Positions 32,193-43,317 of a stretch of DNA of 64,000 bases are shown piece by piece. The first letter of the stretch is position 1. Each line of letters starts with the position of its first letter. The stretch covers positions 15,190 to 79,189 of the forward strand of contig CAMCYF010000008.1 of the NCBI GenBank assembly GCA_945883825.1, written 5' to 3'. A program made the position numbers and the translations under genes. The DNA comes from Chitinophaga pinensis (lineage in GTDB: Bacteria; Bacteroidota; Bacteroidia; Flavobacteriales_D; Crocinitomicaceae). The notes under the pieces are model-generated. The model saw only the letters and a program-made list of their open reading frames with translations, searched no databases and was not told the DNA's origin.

Positions 32193-32996
32193 ATGAGACA
32201 CGGTAATAAAGTAAACCACTTAGGAAGAAAAACAGGACATTTAAAAGCAATGCTTTCTAATATGGCTTGTTCTCTTTTGGAACATAAAAGAATCACCACG
32301 ACATTGGCGAAGGCTAAATCACTTCGTGTTTTTGTCGAGCCAATCTTGACGAAATCAAAAAATGATACAACGCATTCAAGACGTTTGGTTTTTTCTCATC
32401 TGCAAAACAAGGAAGTTGTAACTGAACTATTTAGAGACATCGCTCTCAAAATTGCAACTCGAAATGGAGGATATACACGAATCATTCGTACAGGCTTTCG
32501 TTTAGGAGATAATGCTGAAATGTGTATAATCGAACTTGTTGACTACAACGAAATCTATACAAACGAAAAAGCTAAGAAAACAACACGTCGATCTAGAAGA
32601 GGTGGTGGAGCAACAACTCCTTCTGTTTCTGGTGAAACAGATGTTGAAGATGTAGTTTCTGATGAAGTTGTTACTGAAGAGACAGTTGTTCAAGACGCAA
32701 TCGTTGAAGATGTAGTTTCTGAAGAAGTAGTTGTAGAAGAAGCAGTTTTTGAAGAGACAGTTGTTGAAGAGACAGTTGTTGAAGAAGTAGTAGCTGAAGA
32801 AGCAGTTGTTGAAGATACTGTTACTGAAGTAGTAGTAGCTGAAGATACTGTTACTGAAGAAGTAGTTGTTGAAGAAACAGTTACTGAAGAAGTAGTTGTT
32901 GAAGAAGCAGTTTCTGAAGAACCAGTTATTGAAGAAACAACCCCTGAAACACCAGCTGAAGATTCAACTGAAGAAGAAAAGAAAGAAGAAAACTAA
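32193..32996 (+). CDS. rplQ: 50S ribosomal protein L17 with a ~147-aa C-terminal extension
   Basis: Residues 1-120 are a normal L17 ([16 protein letters not shown]...GGYTRII...ELVDYNE). They are followed by a basic linker ([14 protein letters not shown]) and a long V/E/T/A/D repeat tail. Total length 267 aa. Confidence 0.93.
   Translation: MRHGNKVNHLGRKTGHLKAMLSNMACSLLEHKRITTTLAKAKSLRVFVEPILTKSKNDTTHSRRLVFSHLQNKEVVTELFRDIALKIATRNGGYTRIIRTGFRLGDNAEMCIIELVDYNEIYTNEKAKKTTRRSRRGGGATTPSVSGETDVEDVVSDEVVTEETVVQDAIVEDVVSEEVVVEEAVFEETVVEETVVEEVVAEEAVVEDTVTEVVVAEDTVTEEVVVEETVTEEVVVEEAVSEEPVIEETTPETPAEDSTEEEKKEEN
32641..32940 (+). repeat. In-frame tandem repeat (15/30/60-nt periodicity) encoding the acidic V-E-rich tail of L17
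   Basis: GTTGAAGATGTAGTTTCTGA recurs 60 nt apart (about 32643 and 32703). GAAGATACTGTTACTGAAG recurs 30 nt apart. ACTGAAGAAGTAGTTGTTGAAGAA recurs 30 nt apart (about 32854 and 32884). The peptide reads (E/D)(E/T)xVV repeated many times. Confidence 0.85.
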
Positions 32997-33017
32997 CATA
33001 TTTTATAAATTGTTAAT

Positions 33018-33047
33018 AAAAAGGTGGTGTTATAACTGCCTTTTTTT
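33018..33047 (+). terminator. Probable rho-independent terminator ending the ribosomal/rpoA cluster
   Basis: GGTGGT (33023-33028) pairs with ACTGCC (33035-33040), including two G-U pairs. An A-run precedes it and TTTTTTT (33041-33047) follows. Confidence 0.5.
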
Positions 33048-33079
33048 GTTTACCGTAATTTTTATTGAATCATAGTTCC

Positions 33080-33087
33080 TAATTTTG
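33080..33087 (+). promoter_or_regulatory. -7 box TAatTTTG upstream of carA
   Basis: Exact TAnnTTTG match ending 13 nt before ATG 33101. Confidence 0.4.
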
Positions 33088-33100
33088 TCGAAAATTCTAA

Positions 33101-35493
<2,393 letters not shown>

Positions 35494-35497
35494 AATT

Positions 35498-35947
35498 ATG
35501 GCTGGATTTAATCTTAGAGTTTATGGGCTGGTAATTAATGAGCGACAGGAAATTCTCCTTTCTGACGAAAGACGAGGTGGTATTTCTTTTACAAAATTCC
35601 CTGGAGGTGGTATCAATGAAAATGAGGGAATACTAGACGCGCTTCACCGTGAATTTCGAGAAGAACTTGGATGTGATATTATGTCTTCCTCTTTTTTTTA
35701 TTTCAATGACTTTTATCAAAACTCTGCATTCAGAAAGGAAGATTCATTAGTAGTCTTTTACTACTTTGTTAAAATAAGGTCTGATTTTCAATTACCAAAG
35801 GGAGATGATCTTCCTTTAGGATCAAATGACCCAAGTGATTTTGAGCGATTTCGTTGGGTTCCTCTTAAAGGATTTATGGAGGAACTATTAACTTTTCCAT
35901 TGGATCGAGAGGCAATGAAAAAACTTATTGCTTTTCATCTTCAGTAA
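35498..35947 (+). CDS. NUDIX hydrolase
   Basis: 149 aa with the Nudix box GGGINENEGILDALHREFREELG. Confidence 0.85.
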   Translation: MAGFNLRVYGLVINERQEILLSDERRGGISFTKFPGGGINENEGILDALHREFREELGCDIMSSSFFYFNDFYQNSAFRKEDSLVVFYYFVKIRSDFQLPKGDDLPLGSNDPSDFERFRWVPLKGFMEELLTFPLDREAMKKLIAFHLQ

Positions 35948-36001
35948 ACTATTTTTTACTTAATTTATGCTACTTACTTCAATAAAAATTGAGTTGTATA
36001 T

Positions 36002-37036
36002 CTATTGCAAGGCCTTGTTTACACGTTTATTCATAACCATAAAAAATATGGGAGGAATGAAAGACAAGAGCATCATACCAGGATATCCTGTTGGCATAAC
36101 CGGAGACTCTTCCGAGGTTTCCATTAATTGATATGGTCGATCTGCTTTAAAATGATGATCTGAATGCCGACTGAGTTCAAAAAGCACAACTCTTCCTATT
36201 ACGTGGTTGGAATTCCATGAATGTTTCCTTTTAACAGTTTCATAGTTTCCATTTTCTCTTTTTTGGCGATACAATCCATAGTGTTCAATGTAGTTTACTG
36301 TTTCCAACATGAGTAATCCAATAGTAGCTGCTGAAAGAAAGTAAATTAAAACTACTAATCCGAAGTAGGTATAAATTGACCCTAAAAATATTGAATGAAG
36401 AATAGAATATTGAAGCATTTTATTTTCGTAACTAAACATGTGCTTTTTCATTATTTTCATTCGTGTAAATTCAATTTTCCACGCTTGGAAATAACTGCCA
36501 ATTTGTGAGCGAAACCAGAAAACATAAAGCCATTCGTTTCTTCGGGCAGTTGCAGGATCGCTCTTTGTTCCTACGTTCGTGTGGTGACCTCTATTGTGAT
36601 AGGGCAGAAAATGATTTTCCAGTGAACTTAATAAGAGTAATTCGCCAATAAAACGTTCAAAACGATTCGAGCGATGTCCGAGTTCGTGACCAATATTAAT
36701 GCCTAAAACGCCACACATAAGTCCCATGGATGAAATTCGTCCGACCAAATTACTAGTTGTTTGCGCCTCTTGAATATGAAACAAAAAATACACTAAAAAC
36801 CCAAATTGAATTGGTAACATAAGATAAAGCAGCACCGAATAAAAGGAATCATTGGTAACAAGCACTTTTTCTTGTTCAGATAAATTTTGACTGTCTACTC
36901 TCAAGATAAGTTCAAAAAAAGGAATGACTCCAAATAAATAAAGTGCAGGAAGAAAGGTAAGAATACCCGTACTATGAAAACTAATCCAAACACAAACGGG
37001 TAATGATAAAACACTTAGGTACTTTAGCTTTCTCAA
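36002..37036 (-). CDS. alkB: AlkB-type alkane 1-monooxygenase (membrane di-iron hydroxylase/desaturase family)
   Basis: 344 aa, multi-TM. Carries all four AlkB signature boxes: HELGHR, YHNRGHH, NYIEHYGL, LSRHSDHH. Confidence 0.85.
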   Translation of the reverse strand: MRKLKYLSVLSLPVCVWISFHSTGILTFLPALYLFGVIPFFELILRVDSQNLSEQEKVLVTNDSFYSVLLYLMLPIQFGFLVYFLFHIQEAQTTSNLVGRISSMGLMCGVLGINIGHELGHRSNRFERFIGELLLLSSLENHFLPYHNRGHHTNVGTKSDPATARRNEWLYVFWFRSQIGSYFQAWKIEFTRMKIMKKHMFSYENKMLQYSILHSIFLGSIYTYFGLVVLIYFLSAATIGLLMLETVNYIEHYGLYRQKRENGNYETVKRKHSWNSNHVIGRVVLFELSRHSDHHFKADRPYQLMETSEESPVMPTGYPGMMLLSFIPPIFFMVMNKRVNKALQ

Positions 37037-37107
37037 ATCAGAAAAGTTAAATTATTTTGTAAATATAAGTGATTTAATTTCTTTTAGGTAGGTAACTAAT
37101 TACTATA

Positions 37108-37998
37108 CTATTTTAAAAAATTCGGCGCAATAATTAAATCTTTTGTTCCGTGTGTCCAAGTATAAAAGCCTTCTCCAGACTTAATACCTTTTTTTCCAGC
37201 TGTTACCATATTTACCAACAAAGGACATGGAGCATATTTTGGATTTCCAAAACCCTCATGTAAAACACGAAGAATCGCTAGGCAAACATCTAAACCAATA
37301 AAATCTGCTAATTGCAAAGGACCCATTGGATGTGCCATTCCTAATTTCATAACAGTATCAATTTCCTCAACACCTGCAACACCCTCATACAAAGTATAGA
37401 TTGCCTCATTAATCATCGGCATTAAAATTCGATTGGCCACAAATCCTGGATAATCATTTACCTCAACAGGAACTTTATCTAATTTTTTAGAAATTTCCAT
37501 AATTAAATTAGTCACCTCATCAGAAGTAGAATAACCGCGAATAATTTCAATTAATTTCATTACGGGAACTGGATTCATAAAGTGCATTCCAATTACCTTA
37601 TCTGGACGATTTGTAACGGCGGCTATTTTTGTAATAGAAATTGAGGATGTATTTGTCGCTAAAATTACATTTTCGCTTGTTGCTGCATCTAATTCTTTAA
37701 ATATTTGAAGTTTCAAATCAATATTTTCTGTTGCTGCTTCAACAACTAAATCCACACCTTTTACACCGTCAATAAGTGAGGTAAAAGTTGTTAGATTTAA
37801 TAAAGTATTCTGTTTTTCAGACTCCGTAATGGCTTCTTTTGCAAGTTGACGATCAAGATTTTTGCCAATAGTAGCTATTGCTTTGTCTAATGAAGCTTGA
37901 GAGACATCAATTAAATTCACGCGATAGCCAAATTGCGCAAAAACATGTGCAATTCCATTTCCCATTGTACCAGCACCAATAACAGCTATATTTTTCAT
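37108..37998 (-). CDS. hbd: 3-hydroxybutyryl-CoA / 3-hydroxyacyl-CoA dehydrogenase (NAD-binding)
   Basis: 296 aa. Rossmann start IAVIGAGTMGNGIA, with ...HFMNPVPVMKLIEII... and the C-terminal HCDH domain. Confidence 0.9.
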   Translation of the reverse strand: MKNIAVIGAGTMGNGIAHVFAQFGYRVNLIDVSQASLDKAIATIGKNLDRQLAKEAITESEKQNTLLNLTTFTSLIDGVKGVDLVVEAATENIDLKLQIFKELDAATSENVILATNTSSISITKIAAVTNRPDKVIGMHFMNPVPVMKLIEIIRGYSTSDEVTNLIMEISKKLDKVPVEVNDYPGFVANRILMPMINEAIYTLYEGVAGVEEIDTVMKLGMAHPMGPLQLADFIGLDVCLAILRVLHEGFGNPKYAPCPLLVNMVTAGKKGIKSGEGFYTWTHGTKDLIIAPNFLK

Positions 37999-38090
37999 AA
38001 TATAAATTTTGAATTACAAATATAAGCAGTAGAATGACTAGAGTAGAAATTTAGGCTAAATTTAAATCTAATATTGACTTTCGAAATGTT

Positions 38091-38098
38091 TATCTTTG
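38091..38098 (+). promoter_or_regulatory. -7 box TAtcTTTG upstream of the polysaccharide locus
   Basis: Exact TAnnTTTG match 34 nt upstream of ATG 38133. A TTGAC at 38074 sits at non-consensus spacing (14 nt). Confidence 0.4.
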
Positions 38099-38132
38099 TT
38101 TTAATTAAAATTCAACAAACCATTAAAATTGG

Positions 38133-38393
38133 ATGAAAATAGGAGGATTTACAAATTTATTTGAAAAAACATTAGGGTTTTTTGCTATTGGTTTTGTTTT
38201 ATTCCCAAAGTTTGCTCCACTTTTTTTTATTCTACTAATAACTGTTGTTCTATCAGGAATAATTAAGAAAGAAGTTAGCTTTCAATTTAATGTAATAAGT
38301 AGTTTATTCCTGTTATTTTATTTTTGTTATTTAATTGGCATCATCTTTACAAGTGATAGATTTCATTTCCAAAGTGTTAAAATTGAATCATAA
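38133..38393 (+). pseudogene. Truncated, diverged duplicate of the 5' end of the wzy/O-antigen-ligase-like gene at 39788
   Basis: The first 75 codons align without gaps to residues 1-75 of the 39788 gene (FxNLFEKTLGxFAxGFVLxPK...FFILLI...IKKEVxFQxN...LLFYxCYLxG..FTxD). By my hand count, about two thirds of residues and about 78% of nucleotides are identical. Similarity stops at 38359 and the ORF ends 11 codons later. Confidence 0.6.
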
Positions 38394-38492
38394 AGTGGCA
38401 ATTGAGATAAACAAGCAACGAATAGAAAAAGATGGAACGAAAGAAGCCAATCGCACTAAATTTTCACAACTCTATCAAACAATCGTGAAAGA

Positions 38493-39602
38493 ATGATAAA
38501 AGTTTGCCATATTACAAGCGTTCATCTATGGGACGATTCAAGAATATTTCACAAAGAGTGTTGTAGTGTTGCAGCGGCTGGATATGATACAACCTTGCTT
38601 GTTGCAAATGGTATTGATGATTGTGTGAATGGTGTTAAAATAGTAAATGTTCCAATTGAAAATAAAGGAAGATTACAACGAATTGCATTTTCAGGTAAAC
38701 AAATGCTTGAAAAAGCATTAGAGTTGAAAGCTGATATTTATCATTTACATGATCCTGAATTGTTGCGAATTGCTGTAAAACTTAAAAACCGAACAGGTGC
38801 AAAAGTCGTTTATGACTCGCATGAGGATTTACCAAAGCAAATTTTAGATAAGGCATGGATTCCTTCCTATTTACGAAAGTCAATTTCAACATTAGCTTTC
38901 CAGTTTGAAATGAAAATCACTTCTAAAATAGATGGCGTTATTTCTGTTACCGAAGCAATTTGTGATCGATTTAGGTTAGTGAATAAAAATGTAGCTTTTG
39001 TAGCAAATTATCCCAAATTGGATGAAATTTCTCTTTTATCTTCTGACGAAAAAGTTTCGAAAGTTCAAAATTCTATATGTTATGTAGGAGGTCTTTTTCC
39101 AAAACGTGGGATTAAGGAATTAGTTATTGCGTTGAATAAAACAAATGCTACATTATTTTTAGCAGGTAAGTTTTCCGATAAGAAATTTGAAGAAGAATTA
39201 AAAAAAATAAATGGTTGGGAACAAGTAAAGTTCTTGGGTTATCTAGATCGTCAGGGTATTATTGAAGTACTACAAAAAGCACAAATAGGCATGGTAACCT
39301 TGCATCCTACACAAAGCTATCAAGAATCATTACCTATCAAATTGTTCGAATATATGTTAGCGAAGTTACCGGTAATATCCAGTGATTTTGAATTTTGGAT
39401 ACCTCTTGTAGAAGGAAACCACTGCGGATTGATGGTTGATCCTTTGGATACAGATGCCATTGCTGAAAAAATTAATTTTCTTTTGAGTAAGCCCGATTTG
39501 CTTGAAAAATTTGGTGAGAATGGATATCAGGCGGTGATATCAAAATATTCTTGGGAAATACAAGCTGAAAAAATACTTGAACTATATAAATCAATAAGCT
39601 AA
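38493..39602 (+). CDS. Glycosyltransferase family 4 (GT-B, group 1)
   Basis: 369 aa. The C-terminal half carries the GT4 EX7E-type region ESLPIKLFEYMLAKLPVISSD. The N-terminal half looks like a typical Rossmann-like GT-B acceptor domain. Confidence 0.85.
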   Translation: MIKVCHITSVHLWDDSRIFHKECCSVAAAGYDTTLLVANGIDDCVNGVKIVNVPIENKGRLQRIAFSGKQMLEKALELKADIYHLHDPELLRIAVKLKNRTGAKVVYDSHEDLPKQILDKAWIPSYLRKSISTLAFQFEMKITSKIDGVISVTEAICDRFRLVNKNVAFVANYPKLDEISLLSSDEKVSKVQNSICYVGGLFPKRGIKELVIALNKTNATLFLAGKFSDKKFEEELKKINGWEQVKFLGYLDRQGIIEVLQKAQIGMVTLHPTQSYQESLPIKLFEYMLAKLPVISSDFEFWIPLVEGNHCGLMVDPLDTDAIAEKINFLLSKPDLLEKFGENGYQAVISKYSWEIQAEKILELYKSIS

Positions 39603-39787
39603 TATCGTGGAGAAACTGCTAAAATACATTCGTATAAATCACCTCGAACGAGTGTTAGCAGGTTTCTTTTTCATTTTAATTAATACTTCAAAAATGGTTA
39701 GTTAACTATTTTAGGAAATCGATAAATCTAAACTAAATATATTTAATTTACTTTTTGCACTTCTTTTTATTACCGAATCAATTAACT

Positions 39788-41035
39788 ATGACAGAAAATG
39801 GATTTATTAATTTATTTGAAAAAACCTTAGGGGTTTTTGCTTTTGGCTTTGTTTTACTCCCAAAACTTGTCCCGTTTTTTTTTATTTTATTAATAAGTGT
39901 TGTAGTAATAGGATTTATTAAGAAAGAAGTATTTTTTCAAATTAATATACTGAGTGGTTTATCCTTATTATTTTATCTCTGTTATTTAGTTGGACTATTT
40001 TTTACACATGATAGCAACTTAGGAGTTTTTGAGCTTGAAAAAAAATTATCTTTTGTAATTTTTCCTCTTATTTTGTCACTCAAATTGAAAAAAACTTGGT
40101 CATTAAATATGACTTTCATTGGATTTATTTTAAGTACTTTTATAGTATCTATTTATGGTATCTTGATTGCCTTAGATTGTTTCTTCCAGCCAGGTGGCGC
40201 AAAAGCATGCTTGTTAACATCGGCTATTTCTCCTATTCATCATCCAACATATTTATCGGCTTATTTATTTCTTAGCATTGCTATAGCTTATGATGGTTGG
40301 CTTGAAAAAATGACTTATTTTTCCCTGTATTGGATAATTCCTTTTATTATTTTTGGGATAGTATTTCACGGATTTTTATTGAGCTTATCAGGCATCTTAT
40401 TTTTGTTTATTGCTCTAATTTTAATTTTAATTATTTGGACAAAAAAGAAATTCTCTAAAATTGTTTTTTATACCTCGATTTGTATCTTTCCATTATTTGG
40501 TTTTATTGCTCTCAATACAATTCCTCAAATTCATGGAGAATGGGAGAATGCAACTTTGTATGCAAAAGAATACGTTGATAATCCCGAAAGTTTTGTTTCC
40601 AAAAGAAATTATCCAATGTCTGGAACAGAAGTAAGAATTGTGATGTGGACTGCCTCCTATCATACCTTTTGTGCACATCCTTTTGGTGTTGGCACGGGAA
40701 ATGTAGATGAATATTTGTCGAAAGAACTTGTTAAATTAAATCAGAAAGAATTGATTTACCATAATTACAATCCCCATAATCAGTATTTACAAACTGCAGT
40801 TGAAATTGGTTTTTTTGGACTTCTTGTCTTGTTCTCCATTGTGTTTTTTGCGCTCTATTATGGTTTTAAATATCGAAATTGGCTACTTATAATCATAATT
40901 GGAAGTTTATTTTTCAATTGCTTGTTTGAATCAATGCTACAAAGACAATCAGGGATTGTTTTTTATTGTTTTTGGATTTGTCTCTTATCAAGTCGAATTT
41001 ATAACAAAAAAATGAAATTAATATTAAAAGATTAA
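39788..41035 (+). CDS. O-antigen ligase/polymerase-like membrane protein (Wzy_C domain family)
   Basis: About 415 aa from ATG 39788 (MTENGFINLFEK...), with at least 10 hydrophobic segments and a loop followed by the family-typical NPHNQYLQTAVEIGFFGL motif. The track TTG start at 39755 adds 11 unlikely residues. Confidence 0.8.
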   Translation: MTENGFINLFEKTLGVFAFGFVLLPKLVPFFFILLISVVVIGFIKKEVFFQINILSGLSLLFYLCYLVGLFFTHDSNLGVFELEKKLSFVIFPLILSLKLKKTWSLNMTFIGFILSTFIVSIYGILIALDCFFQPGGAKACLLTSAISPIHHPTYLSAYLFLSIAIAYDGWLEKMTYFSLYWIIPFIIFGIVFHGFLLSLSGILFLFIALILILIIWTKKKFSKIVFYTSICIFPLFGFIALNTIPQIHGEWENATLYAKEYVDNPESFVSKRNYPMSGTEVRIVMWTASYHTFCAHPFGVGTGNVDEYLSKELVKLNQKELIYHNYNPHNQYLQTAVEIGFFGLLVLFSIVFFALYYGFKYRNWLLIIIIGSLFFNCLFESMLQRQSGIVFYCFWICLLSSRIYNKKMKLILKD

Positions 41036-41038
41036 ACA

Positions 41039-42055
41039 ATGAAAATTTCAGTTGTTGTGCCTTGCAGAAATGAAAGTAAATATATTGCAGAGTGTATTGA
41101 TGCCATTTTTAAATGTGATCTTCCCAACAATTCGGAATTAAATGTTTTTATTGTTGATGGAATGAGTGATGATGGTACGCGTCAAATTGTCCTTAACTTA
41201 ATGGAGAACTACCCCTTTTTACACTTGATAGATAATTTAAATCTTCTTACACCTTTTGCTTTTAATTTGGGAATTCACGCGGGAGGAAAGGTTGATTATG
41301 TTCAAATTGTTGGTGCAAGGCAAATTTTGAGCAATAATTACGTAGTAAAGAGCATTCAAAAGATTGAGAATGATTCAACCGTTTGGTGTGTTGGTGGTAA
41401 GATTATCAATGAGTTTATTAATGAAACGGGTCAGGTTATTTCAAAAGCCATGTCAACTTCATTTGGAATGGGTATTGGAAATTTCAGAACATTAATCGAA
41501 TCTTGTTATACTGATACTGTAACAAGTCCTATGTATCCTTATTGGGTTTTTGATAAAATTGGTTTTTTTGACGAAGAATTAATAAGAAACCAGGATGATG
41601 ATTTTAATTATCGCATAAAAAAGGCCGGAGGTAAAATATTTTTTGATAATGAACTCTCTTTAAAATATTACGTTCGCGGCTCTTATAAATCACTTTCAAG
41701 GCAATTTTTTCAATACGGTTACTGGAAGGTATTTGTCAATAAAAAACACAAAGCAGTGACAACTTTGCGCCAGTTAGCGCCCCCATTTTTTGTGCTTTAT
41801 ATTTTTCTTTGGTTAATTTCACTTTTCGGTGGAAAGTTTATTTTTATGCTATCTTCTATTCCTCTTTTAGGATACATTTCTTTAAATTTTTATTTTTCAA
41901 TTAAATTTAAAGATCAAAAGGTAAAATGGTTCGCAATTTTTAAAACATATCTTATTTTACATGTGTTTTACGGGTTGGGTTATTTAAAAGGGGTATTTGA
42001 CTTTTTCCTCTTTAATAAAAAGCCTTCCAATAAACAAAAACGCTTATCGAGATAA
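41039..42055 (+). CDS. Glycosyltransferase family 2 with C-terminal TM segments
   Basis: 338 aa. ISVVVPCRNE start, DGMSDDGT (DxD-type motif), and a hydrophobic C-terminal third. Confidence 0.85.
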   Translation: MKISVVVPCRNESKYIAECIDAIFKCDLPNNSELNVFIVDGMSDDGTRQIVLNLMENYPFLHLIDNLNLLTPFAFNLGIHAGGKVDYVQIVGARQILSNNYVVKSIQKIENDSTVWCVGGKIINEFINETGQVISKAMSTSFGMGIGNFRTLIESCYTDTVTSPMYPYWVFDKIGFFDEELIRNQDDDFNYRIKKAGGKIFFDNELSLKYYVRGSYKSLSRQFFQYGYWKVFVNKKHKAVTTLRQLAPPFFVLYIFLWLISLFGGKFIFMLSSIPLLGYISLNFYFSIKFKDQKVKWFAIFKTYLILHVFYGLGYLKGVFDFFLFNKKPSNKQKRLSR

Positions 42056-42097
42056 TACCTAACTTTGGGATATTAATTTGACTATTAATTTAAAAAT

Positions 42098-43309
42098 ATG
42101 ATTCCTTTTTCGCCACCTCGTATTGATCAAAAAGTTATTGATGAAGTGACGGCAGCTTTGAAAAGTGGATGGATCACAACTGGTCCAAGAACAAAATTAT
42201 TCGAAAAGAAAATTACAGAATACTGTGGCTGCAAAACAACAGTAGCCGTAAACTCCTGGACAATGGGAGTTCAAGTCCTACTTAGTTGGTGGGGTATCAA
42301 AGAAGGTGACGAGGTTATTTTACCAGCTTATACTTATTGCGCGAGTGCCAACGTCATTATTCATGCAGGAGCAAAGCCGGTGATGGTTGATATCAACAAA
42401 GAAGATTTCAATATTTCTATTGCAGCAATAAGAAAAGCAATAAGTCCGAAAACAAAGGCAATTTTGGCCGTTGATTTGGGTGGTTTTCCCTGTGATTACA
42501 GTGAAATAAATAACCTGGTACACGAAAAAGAAATAAAAAAACAATTTAACCCAAATTCAAATTTACAAGAACTACTCGGACGTATTTTAATAATTAGCGA
42601 TGCTGCACACAGCTTTGGTGCTGAGTTAAATGGCAAACGATCCGGATCCTTGACAGATATTTCTGCCTTTTCCTTTCACGCTGTCAAAAATTTAACAACA
42701 GCGGAAGGTGGTGCACTTTGTTTTAATCTTCCTAACGAATTTAATCACGAAGAAATTTACACCAAATTTTGTACGATGATTTTACACGGGCAAAATAAAG
42801 ATGCGCTCCAAAAAACACAAAAAGGAAATTGGCGCTATGATGTTGAAGAACCTGGCTTCAAATGCAATATGACCGACTTACAGGCAGCAATAGGTTTGGT
42901 AGAATTAGAAAGATATCAAGAAAATTTAGAGAGAAGAAAAAAGATTTTTGAATTATATGATACTGCCTTTAAAAAAGAGGAAACTTGGGCTCTTATTCCA
43001 CTGCATACAACAAAAGATAAAACAACCAGCTACCACTTGTATCAATTAAGAATTATTGGGATTACTGAAAATCTACGCGATAAAATCATGCAAGAAATTT
43101 TTAATCAAGATGTTTCAGTAAATGTTCATTTTTTACCTTTACCAACATTGACCGCCTACAAAAATTCTGGCTATAACATTAATGATTATCCAGAAACTTG
43201 GGATAAATACCAAAATGAAATTTCATTACCTGTCTATTTTGATTTAACTGATGAACAGGTTCAAACCGTTATCAAAGCTGTAGTCTCTTCAGTTGAGAAA
43301 CATATTTAA
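42098..43309 (+). CDS. DegT/DnrJ/EryC1/StrS-family PLP-dependent sugar aminotransferase
   Basis: 403 aa. ...SDAAHSFGA..., and a catalytic-lysine region SFHAVKNLTTAEGGAL. Confidence 0.9.
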   Translation: MIPFSPPRIDQKVIDEVTAALKSGWITTGPRTKLFEKKITEYCGCKTTVAVNSWTMGVQVLLSWWGIKEGDEVILPAYTYCASANVIIHAGAKPVMVDINKEDFNISIAAIRKAISPKTKAILAVDLGGFPCDYSEINNLVHEKEIKKQFNPNSNLQELLGRILIISDAAHSFGAELNGKRSGSLTDISAFSFHAVKNLTTAEGGALCFNLPNEFNHEEIYTKFCTMILHGQNKDALQKTQKGNWRYDVEEPGFKCNMTDLQAAIGLVELERYQENLERRKKIFELYDTAFKKEETWALIPLHTTKDKTTSYHLYQLRIIGITENLRDKIMQEIFNQDVSVNVHFLPLPTLTAYKNSGYNINDYPETWDKYQNEISLPVYFDLTDEQVQTVIKAVVSSVEKHI

Positions 43310-43317
43310 TAAGCTAC

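Noticed and set aside
39755-39787. TTG start for the wzy-like gene. The same issue applies to TTG 61047 for rpe and ATG 52160 for the TonB-dependent receptor.
   Set aside because: - The duplicated copy at 38133 aligns from the ATG equivalent to 39788.
- TTG 61047 lies inside a -7 promoter box.
- ATG 52121 places the signal peptide at the N-terminus.
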